Source: Clostridia bacterium (GTDB lineage: Bacteria > Bacillota > Clostridia > RGIG6154). Taken from it: a stretch of DNA of 64,000 bases. The stretch is from positions 35 through 64,034 of the forward strand of contig JAZRDC010000030.1 in NCBI GenBank assembly GCA_045660065.1, written 5' to 3'. Below the pieces are notes generated by a model. It was not told where the DNA came from. It saw only the letters and a list, made by a program, of their open reading frames with translations, and searched no databases. Below are positions 30,264-39,700 of the stretch, piece after piece. Position 1 is the first letter of the stretch. Each line of letters begins with the position of its first letter. The translations under genes and the position numbers were made by a program.

Positions 30264-30428
30264 ATGAAAAATTATCAGAAACCTGTTTTAGAGGTTGTTG
30301 AATTAGCAGTTGCTGAAAATATCGCTGCATTAGTACCTAAGACTATCTATAAAAGATCAGCAGGTGCTAAACTCGCTCAGCAGGGCGTAAAAATGTACGA
30401 CATGAAAGCTGACGAAATTATAAGCTAA
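30264..30428 (+). CDS. 54-aa precursor-like peptide with a lasso-type leader motif and a C-terminal Ser. It is not in the ORF track because it is under 60 aa.
   Basis: Strong RBS AGGAGGT 8 nt upstream. Translation: MKNYQKPVLEVVELAVAENIAALVPKTIYKRSAGAKLAQQGVKMYDMKADEIIS. The N-terminus matches the Firmicutes lasso-leader motif MK.Y.KP.LEV that is bound by PqqD RREs. The C-terminal part is cationic and amphipathic. Confidence 0.6.
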   Translation: MKNYQKPVLEVVELAVAENIAALVPKTIYKRSAGAKLAQQGVKMYDMKADEIIS

Positions 30429-30470
30429 TTTTTAGAACTGCAAAATTTAATTAAATAAAAATTTGAGAGG

Positions 30471-31361
30471 ATGTTCACTTTTATTATGCAATATACTGTC
30501 GCAGGTTTAAATATTGATATTATCAGTGAGCATCCTTCTTACATTTTTATGAGAATGAAAGACTATGAAAGCACTTTTTCGGGGGAAGCAGACTTTACAG
30601 TCAGGTGTAAAGAAAACAAAAATATCTCGCTCCCCGAGGATTTTGTGCAGATTGGTGAAAGAGTCGGCAGATGGCTCTGGATTAAAAAGAAGGATGGCAC
30701 ACTTGGTGCTTATATTAAATACTCAGACCTTGAGCAAATCGCAGCTTATGTAAGTTGGGACAAGGATTTTAAAAACATTGAACTTGAGGTTTTGGATTTA
30801 GAACCTTTCGGTGGAATGGCAATAGAACAAAGAATGTTTTATTTGCTCGGTGATGTTTTTACTTACACAGTTTTAAGCCGCGGCGCAGGAGTTTTTCATT
30901 CCTCTGCTATCAGTTATAAGAGCAGCGGAATTTTGTTGTCTGCACCGTCGGGTACGGGTAAATCAACCCACGCAGAACTCTGGAAGACGGTTTATGGGGA
31001 AGATGTTATTCATTTTAACGACGATACCCCCGTACTTAAAGTAGAAAATAATACAGTTTATGCCTACGGTACTCCGTGGAGCGGAAAAACTGCTATAAAT
31101 AAAAATATAAAAGTGCCCCTTAAGGCGATTATAAGCCTTGACAGGGCACAGGAAAACTCGGTAAAAAGACTTATGGGATTAGACGCTTTTTACAGAGTGT
31201 TCAACGAATTCAGGAAGCCCCCTGAGGGTGGACTTTTAGATAATTGTTTAGCACTTATTGAAAATGTTTTGGATAAAGTTCCTGTTTATGAACTTTTGTG
31301 CAACAAAGACCAGAGTGCAGCAATTACACTTCACAAAGCATTAGGCTTTGACAAAAATTAA
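30471..31361 (+). CDS. HPr kinase/phosphorylase C-terminal-domain-like Ser kinase (RiPP tailoring kinase)
   Basis: P-loop LLSAPSGTGKST at ~aa 160, 296 aa. This family occurs as the precursor C-terminal Ser kinase in Firmicutes lasso clusters. The exact start is uncertain (30471 or 30486). Confidence 0.65.
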   Translation: MFTFIMQYTVAGLNIDIISEHPSYIFMRMKDYESTFSGEADFTVRCKENKNISLPEDFVQIGERVGRWLWIKKKDGTLGAYIKYSDLEQIAAYVSWDKDFKNIELEVLDLEPFGGMAIEQRMFYLLGDVFTYTVLSRGAGVFHSSAISYKSSGILLSAPSGTGKSTHAELWKTVYGEDVIHFNDDTPVLKVENNTVYAYGTPWSGKTAINKNIKVPLKAIISLDRAQENSVKRLMGLDAFYRVFNEFRKPPEGGLLDNCLALIENVLDKVPVYELLCNKDQSAAITLHKALGFDKN

Positions 31362-31378
31362 TATTAAGGGTGAAATAT

Positions 31379-32989
31379 ATGAAAAAGAAACTGTTTTTTG
31401 GTGCGGTTATCACAACCGTTCTTTGCACAAGTCTGACTTTTTCAGCATTTGCTGCTAAATTTTCAGACCTGTCAGACAGCCATTGGGCTTACAAAAATAT
31501 TATGGAATTAAACTCACAGGGCGTAATTAACGGCTACTCTGACGGAACATTTCGTCCTGAGGCTCAGGTTACAAGAGCGGAGTTTGTAAAATTAATTGGA
31601 ACAACCAACGAAAAAAAATCAGAGGATTTCGCAGATCTTCCAAAAACTCACTGGGCATATGAATATGTTATGAACTCAGGGGTTGATATGGAAAGAAGAA
31701 ATTTCCGTCCTGATGAAAATATTACAAGAGCAGAAGTTTTAGACATTCTCTGGAATAGATACGGAACTGAAACAGATGCTGTTGTTCCCGGAATTATTGC
31801 AAATCAGCACGAAGAAATAAATGCCATCGCCTGGGGCTATTCATACGGTCTTATGATTGGTGATGACGGCATAAATTTAAGATTATCTGACGATTTGTCA
31901 AGAGCAGAAGCAGTAACACTTATCCTTCGTTCAAGAAAAATCGACACAACTAATCAGAAACTTTTAGCAGATAATGTAGCAGACAATCTTTTGAAAGATT
32001 TGTTCAATTCAACAGGGATTTTTGACTCTCAGTACAACGAAAACGCTACAATGACTATCGGTGAAATTTCAAGAGCGGCACTTAGAATTGCTCACGGAAC
32101 ACATTCGATTCTTTACAACAAAGATATGTATGTGGAAACTCCAAATTACGAAGATGAATATGCAAACGATGTTGCATATATGGCAAAGCAGATTTTCGGT
32201 GAAAGCAACAATAATAAAGAATATGCAACAAAAGCGGCAAATCAGCAGGAAGTAATCTCTGCTCTTATGTACGGCTATATGTTCAAAGCGAACGAATCTC
32301 CTGTTATCGGCAGAGTTGACGATTACTACAAAGATGCAACAGTTGACAAAAAGGAACTTATGAAAAATATGCTCCTTACTTATACAAAACGCAGAGGTGT
32401 GTTCTCAAGCGCCGATGGACTTTTACATAATGACAAACCTGTAACACACAAAGAAATTGCATCAATTCTTTTGCAACTTGACAATCTTACAGGCTCACAG
32501 ATGAGTTACTCAGGCGGCAAAGAGCAGGATGAAAAATTATCATTAAATGCGGCTTTATACCAAAAAGCAGATGGGGATTTCAAAACACTGCTTAAAGGAA
32601 TGCCTGAAGTAGTTTACACAACACCGATTGAAGGCTCTGCAACTGAATTTTTAACATTCTCAAAGGACTTTTTTGAAATATTTGCAACTCTTTCTGACGG
32701 TATTGTGAACAAAGCCAAAGTAAAGGGCGCAGAAATTGCAATCAGAGTTTATCCTACACTTGTATCAAATGCGGGAAACGAAGTAATTATGAGATCAAAG
32801 GTTTACATTGTTTCAAATCCGAACGGATTGGGACTTGGCGAAATCATTGGCAAGTGCGATATGGCAAATGATGTTACCGCCCGTGAAAACGGAACATACA
32901 TTGTTGATATCTCAACCAACGGACCGCTTGATGATATGTATATAAACCCTGCAAACGCAAGTTTAAGACGCGTTATCTGGAACGACTAA
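31379..32989 (+). CDS. SLH-domain (S-layer homology) cell-surface protein
   Basis: Signal peptide, then triplicated SLH motifs (FSDLSDSHWAYKNIMEL..., FADLPKTHWAYEYVM...). Confidence 0.8.
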   Translation: MKKKLFFGAVITTVLCTSLTFSAFAAKFSDLSDSHWAYKNIMELNSQGVINGYSDGTFRPEAQVTRAEFVKLIGTTNEKKSEDFADLPKTHWAYEYVMNSGVDMERRNFRPDENITRAEVLDILWNRYGTETDAVVPGIIANQHEEINAIAWGYSYGLMIGDDGINLRLSDDLSRAEAVTLILRSRKIDTTNQKLLADNVADNLLKDLFNSTGIFDSQYNENATMTIGEISRAALRIAHGTHSILYNKDMYVETPNYEDEYANDVAYMAKQIFGESNNNKEYATKAANQQEVISALMYGYMFKANESPVIGRVDDYYKDATVDKKELMKNMLLTYTKRRGVFSSADGLLHNDKPVTHKEIASILLQLDNLTGSQMSYSGGKEQDEKLSLNAALYQKADGDFKTLLKGMPEVVYTTPIEGSATEFLTFSKDFFEIFATLSDGIVNKAKVKGAEIAIRVYPTLVSNAGNEVIMRSKVYIVSNPNGLGLGEIIGKCDMANDVTARENGTYIVDISTNGPLDDMYINPANASLRRVIWND

Positions 32990-33024
32990 GTTAAACATAT
33001 TCTTGAGGAAAGGAAACATATACA

Positions 33025-33717
33025 ATGGAAGAAAGAGAAATTGATATATTTGAACTTATACAAGCGGTCTTTAAAAGATGGTGGCTGGTGCTTGTAATTA
33101 CAATAGTAATGGGTAGCGTAGGTTTTGGGTATTCAAAATTTGCAATAACTCCTCTTTACTCTGCAAAGGGTACACTTTATATCACTATCGATAACACAGC
33201 AGCGGCTCAGGGCGGAACAAGTCTTGACTACAACTCGATTCTTGCAGCGCAGGAACTTACAAACACATATTCACTTATCTTGTCAAGTAACACATTTTAT
33301 AAAATAGTTGCTGCCGAAAGCGGACTTGACTATTCATACAAAGATATTTCTAAAATGGTTACAATGGGTAACGAAAACGAAAGTGAAATTATGAGCATTG
33401 TTGCAAGTTGTCCAAACAGAGAACATGCGGCAATAATCGTTGAAACAATCTTAAACAACGCACAGGCAGAAATTTCCCGCGTTGTTGTTGGCGGAAGCGT
33501 AAGGATTATCGATCATCCTGAACTTCCAAACGGTCATTCTTATCCAAATGTTACTAAAAACACATTCCTTATGTTGATTTTAGGATTTATTTTAGGATGT
33601 GCTTTAGCAATTTTCATTGAATGGCTTGACGATACAATCAAAGACGGTGATGATGTCATGAAATTTGATATTCCTGTATTAGCGGAAATTCCACTTTTAG
33701 AAGTTAAAAGTGAATAA
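33025..33717 (+). CDS. Wzz/CpsC/YwqC-like polysaccharide co-polymerase (chain-length determinant). Orphan: no BY-kinase partner is nearby.
   Basis: N- and C-terminal TM helices with a periplasmic Wzz-like segment, and N-terminus FELIQAVFKRWWLVLVITIVMG. Confidence 0.7.
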   Translation: MEEREIDIFELIQAVFKRWWLVLVITIVMGSVGFGYSKFAITPLYSAKGTLYITIDNTAAAQGGTSLDYNSILAAQELTNTYSLILSSNTFYKIVAAESGLDYSYKDISKMVTMGNENESEIMSIVASCPNREHAAIIVETILNNAQAEISRVVVGGSVRIIDHPELPNGHSYPNVTKNTFLMLILGFILGCALAIFIEWLDDTIKDGDDVMKFDIPVLAEIPLLEVKSE

Positions 33718-33737
33718 GATAGAAAGGATGAATTTGG

Positions 33738-36700
33738 ATGAGGAAGTGTATTAGAGCGCTTATCAGCCTGGTGCTGGCGTTGGTGATGATTACGCCGGTT
33801 GCCTTGCCTGTTGCGGCGGACAGTTCTTATGGGTTTATTGATTTCCCAACGGGCTGGTCTGCTCCGGCAATGGCTCATGCCGTTGCAAACGGAATAATTT
33901 ACGGAAAAACTGAAAATACTATCGCTCCGGGAGACAATCTTACAAGAGCGGAAATGGGCACGATTATCAATCGTGCTTTTGGTGCTACTATAGGAAAGGA
34001 TATTTCAGCCTTTTCTGATGTGTCAGCATCTGCGTGGTATTACGAAGAAATCAAAAAATCTTATAATATGCAGACTATGTACGGTGATGAGGGCGGAACT
34101 ATGCGTCCTGATGCGCCGATCATAAGAGAAGAAGCCATAGCTATCGTTGCAAGAGCTATGGTTTTAAGTGGTTATTCAGCATCTGAACTTAATAAGTTCA
34201 ATGACAAGGCTGAAGTTGCAGGTTGGGCTGTTGATCCTGTTGCATCAATGGTAGCAAACGGTTATGTAAACGGCGATGACAAGTCAAACCTTAACCCTAA
34301 GGCATATATCACAAGAGAAGAATTTGCACAGCTTATTTACAACATCATTAAGCATTACTATAACAAAGACGCTAAAAGCGAAAGTTATCAGGGTAATTTA
34401 ATGCTCAACAAACCTGATATTTCTCTTGAAAATATCACAGTTAACGGCGACCTTATTTTAGGCGACGGCGTTGGTACAAGCAAAATTACACTTACAAATA
34501 TCGATATCAAAGGCAGACTTTTAGTAAGAGGTGCTGCTCAGATAACACTCAAAAATGTTACAACTGCAAAAGGCGTTGTTGTGAAAAATGTTAACGGAAC
34601 AGTTCATTTTGACAACTATCGTGATGAAAAAGTTTTCGACGGAGTAGTTGAACATACAACCGTAACCTATAAACAGCGCGCTACCGGCGGTGGCGGCGGT
34701 GGAGGTGGTGGAGGTGGAACACCTCCTGCTCCTACAACCGCAGGTTACAAGGTTGAACACTATCAGGAAGCATTAGACGGCAGTTTTGTGATTTTTGAAA
34801 CTGATGTTCTTTCAGGTACAGTAAATTCAAGCGTTACTGCTGTTGCTAAAGCATACGAAGGCTTTGCAGAAGATGCAACCAATGCATCAAGAGTACCAAC
34901 AGGTATTGTTGCGACAGACGGCACACTTGTACTCAAACTTTACTACACAAGAAACAGTTATAATATCGTGTATAACTTGGGCGAAGCAGGCACAGATGTT
35001 GTGTTGAGCCTTAAATACGGTGCAAATGTAAGCCTTGAAGCACCAACAGTTACAGCCCCTGCTGGTAAATACTTTGCAGGTTGGTTTGACGCGCCCGTTG
35101 GCGGAAATCAGATTATATCATTAACAGTTCCTGCAAACGGAACAACAATTTATGCGCAGTGGTCAACAACTCCACCTGCAGTTGTGAATTTTACCGTTGA
35201 ACACTACAAAGAAAATGTTGACGGTACGTATTCTTCACCTGCAGAGACTGAAACACTGTCAGCAACTGTGGCAACTGTTGTAAAAGCGCAGGATTATGAT
35301 AAAACATACACAGATTTTGATGTAGATCTGACAGCAAGTGTGGACGTTGCAGTAGCAGCAGACGGAAGCACAGTTCTTAAAATTTACTATACAAGAAAAA
35401 GTTATAACATCGTATATAACTTTGGTGAAGCAGGTGGAAGCACTACAGTAAGCCTTAAATTTGAGGCTGATGTTGACCTTTCAACTCCTGCGGTTACAGC
35501 CCCTGCAGGCAAATACTTTGCAGGTTGGTTTGATGCACCTGTTGGCGGAAATCTTATTACAACATTAACAGTGCCATCAGGCGGAACAACAATTTACGCG
35601 CAGTGGTCAACAACTCCAACTACTATTGTAAACTTCACAGTTAAGCACCATCAGCAGAACATTTTGGATGATTTGTACCCTGCAAATCCATTTGAAACAG
35701 AGACAAAATCCATTGCGGCAGGCAGTACTGTAAAAGCACAGGATTATGCAAAGACTTACACAGGATTTACTGCTGATTTAGCAAACAGCCCTGATGTAAC
35801 AGTTGCAGCAGATGGAAGCACAGTTCTTAACATTTACTATGTGAGAAATACTTATACTATCACATACAACTACGGTGAAGCAGGCGGAGAAGGTTCTGTA
35901 ACACTTAAATACGGTGCGGCAGTAGATCTTTCAGCGCCACCGGTTGTTGCACCTTCAGGCAAAACCTTTGCAGGTTGGTTTGACGCGCCTGTTGGCGGAA
36001 ACCAGATTACAGATTTAACTGTTCCTGAAAACGGAAAAACAATATACGCACAGTGGTCAGATATTTCACCTGTAAACTTTACTGTAAGACACTTCCAGCA
36101 GAATATTGAAGACGATTTGTATCCTTCAATAGCATTTGAAGAAGAAACAAAATCTGCAATTCCGGGTTTTGTTGCAAAGGCTCAGGATTATGCTAAGGCA
36201 TACACAGACTTTACTGCTGTTTTAGCAAACAGCCCTGATGTAACAGTTGAGGCAAATGGAAGCACAATCCTTAATATTTACTATACAAGAAATACTTATA
36301 CTATCACATACAACTATGGTGAAGCAGGCGGAGAAGGTTCAGTAACACTTAAATTCGGCGCAGATGTAGACCTTTCAGCACCGGCAGTTACTGCACCTGC
36401 AGGCAAATACTTTGCAGGTTGGTTTGACGCACCTGTTGGCGGAACACAGATTGGCTCATTGACAATGCCATCAGGCGGTGCAACAATCTATGCACAGTGG
36501 TCAGATATCCCACCTGTAAACTTTACTGTAAGACACTTCCAGCAGAATATTGAAGATGATTTGTATCCTTCAATAGCATTTGAAGAAGAAACAAAATCTG
36601 CAATTCCGGGCGCTACTGTATCAGCAGCTAGGTTTGATAAATCTTACGCAGGATTTACTGCAGATTTAATAAACAGTCCTGATGTAACAGTTGAGGCAAA

Positions 36701-39700
36701 TGGAAGCACAATCCTTAACATTTACTACACAAGAAACACTTATACTATCACATACAACTATGGTGAAGCAGGCGGTGAAGGTTCAGTAACACTTAAATAC
36801 GGTGCGGCAGTAGACCTTTCAGCACCGGCAGTTACTGCACCTGCAGACAAAACATTTGCAGGCTGGTTTGATGCACCTGTTGGTGGCAATCAGGTTTCAT
36901 CTTTGACAGTTCCTGTAAACGGAAAAACAATATACGCACAGTGGTCAGACATTCCACCTGTAAACTTTACTGTAAGACACTTCCAGCAGAATATCGAAGA
37001 CGATTTGTACCCTTCAGTAGCATTTGAAGAAGAAACAAAATCTGCAATTCCAGGTCATACAGTAAGAGCGATTGACTTTGCTAAAACATATGAAGGCTTT
37101 GCTACTGATTTAGCAAACAGTCCTGATGTAACAGTTGAGGCAAACGGAAATACAGTTCTTAACATTTATTATGTAAGAAACACTTATACTATCACATATA
37201 ACTATGGTGAAGCAGGCGGAGAAGGTTCTGTAACACTTAAATACGGTGCGGCAATAGATCTTTCAGCACCGACAGTTACTGCACCTGCAGGCAAATACTT
37301 TGCAGGTTGGTATGATGCACCTGTTGGTGGAAATCAGGTTTCATCTTTGACAGTTCCTGTAAACGGCACAACAATTTATGCACAGTGGTCAGATAATCCT
37401 ACATATATGGTTTACCACTATAAAGCAGATTTAGACGGAAATTATCCTGACAACTTGCTTGTTATTTCTACAATACCTGCAGAGTATGGTGCACAAATTA
37501 CAGCAACTCCTGGCAATTTTGAAGGGTTCCATGAAAACACAACACATCCTGACAGAGTAACAAGCGGTATAAACGATGGTACACTTGTACTTAAACTTTT
37601 CTACGACAGAAACACATATACTGTTTCATTTGACGCAGGTCAGGGAACTGCTGTTTCAGATGTAGAGTACAAATACGAACAGCCATTTGGCAGTGTTGTA
37701 TCAACAAGAGAGTACTACATTTTAGATGGTTGGTACAAAGACTTGAATGACCCTGCATCAAAGGTAGAAGACTACCATAAAGCAGGTAGAGAATTTACAG
37801 GCGGTACTTTGTACGCTAAATGGGAAATCGACAGAGCTGCAATCGGCGATGTTGTATTTACTGCAAGTGTTACAGATGAAGACCTTGATAACGACGAATT
37901 CTCAATTTTGGTTGATTTATCAAACAACTTAATTGGTATTTCTGAGTACGGACTTACTCTTAACTGGGATAACACCCAGGTTAAACCGATTTTGGTTGGC
38001 GGTAAAGTTGTTACTGACTTAAATGGTCTTGGCGGAAATGCTATTACAACATCAGCAGATTCTGTTACAACAGAAGATGGTGCGGCTGCGCTCAGTTCTG
38101 TTACAGTAAACTGGAACAGTGTTGCACCTGTAGCAGGAAATGCAAATCTTTTCAAAGTAAGATTTAAAATTACAAATACTTTGGCAGATAAAGACCACGA
38201 AACTCCATCTTTGAATATGTTCAGAATGATGAGAGCGGCGAATATTGATGGTCTTATGGACTTACCATTTACAATTACAAGCGTATCTGTTTCAATTATC
38301 TCTGAAACAGGGGAAGTAATTCCTCTTGATAATTCAACTAAAGATACAGGCCTTGCACCTTACAAAATTGAACATTACAAAGAAAACACAGAAGATACTG
38401 CATATTCTTTGGCATATACAGAGTATGGCCACGATATTGTAGGCAAAGTTGTGTTTATCAGTGAAGGTAAGGCTGAATATATAGCAGAAGGATTTATATA
38501 CGAAGAAGGAAAGTCAGCAAACAAGATAGTTATTACAGAATCAGGTGCTGTAATTAAACTTTATTACGCAAGACCTCGTTTTGATGTAGAATTTGACTAT
38601 CAGGGGGCTACAAGAGTTGAAGGTCCTGCATCTGTAAGCCTTAAACTTGGTGCAACAATTAAAAATCATTTTCCTGAAGAAAATTCATTTGCAAAAGATG
38701 ACTATAACTTCGGCGGTTGGTTCACCCAGCCTGAAGGTAAAGGTCAGAACGCAGGAGATGGACTCGTTGTTCCTAAAGGCGGTATAAAACTTTATGCTAA
38801 CTGGGTTCAGACACCATATAAAGTTGAACACTATCAGATGGCATTAGATGGCGTTAACGCTAAACTTGTTGCAACTGATACAGGTTACGCAAAAGCAGGA
38901 ACAACAGTTACTGCAACTGCAAAAACTTATTTAGGTTTTGATGCTCCATCTGTAATGCCAAGTGAAAAAGTTGCAGCAGACGGTTCAACAGTTATCAAAG
39001 TTTACTACACAAGAAAAACATACACCATCAACTATAACTTTGACGGTGGTACAGCAGTAGGTGCTTATGAAACAACATTCAAGTATGGTCAGTCTATTCC
39101 TTTGGCAAAAGCCGAAAAAGAAGAAGACGATGTAGAATATCAGTTGATAGGATGGCGTGCAAATTCTGAAACCGGTCCTGTTGTAACCAATACTTCAAAT
39201 ATTGACCATATTTTAAGAACACTTACAGATGATGTTTTGAATCTTTACGCATGGTGGGTTCCGGTTACAGCAAGTACTTCAAAATATGTTGTAGAACACT
39301 ATAAAGAAGAATTGGACGGAACTTATCCTGAAGCGGCAACAGAAACAACTGAAGTGCAGTCAATTCAGATTCCTGCTACACTTAAAGTTTCTGAACTTAA
39401 AAAACCATACGAAGGATTTACAGTAGACGAAGCAAAGAGCAAAGATTTACCAATCACAGAAGAAGGATTCTTTACTCTTAAGATTTATTACACAAGAAAT
39501 GAATATACATTGAATTACGATTATTGCGATGCAGATGTATCAGGTGTTGCAAGTAACAAATTCAAGTATGGTCAGACAATTACACTTCCTGAAGAAGGAA
39601 CATACAGCAAGGAAGGATTTATCCCGACAGGTTGGTATAAGACAGATGTTTACATACCATCAAGCCTTGTTGACGAATCAACAAAGATTGAAGAAATTGT

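Noticed and set aside
26892-31361. Call the cluster a classical lasso peptide BGC
   Set aside because: No asparagine-synthetase-like cyclase and no transglutaminase-like B2 protease is present. The precursor also lacks a Thr at -2 followed by a G/A/S/C start, and lacks an Asp/Glu at positions 7-9 to form the ring. Only the leader motif, the RRE and the kinase are lasso-like.
35160-37400. A CRISPR array or mobile-element repeats as the explanation for the tandem DNA repeats
   Set aside because: The repeats are ~444 bp, in-frame and translate into protein domain modules. There are no short direct repeats with unique spacers, and no transposase or integrase.
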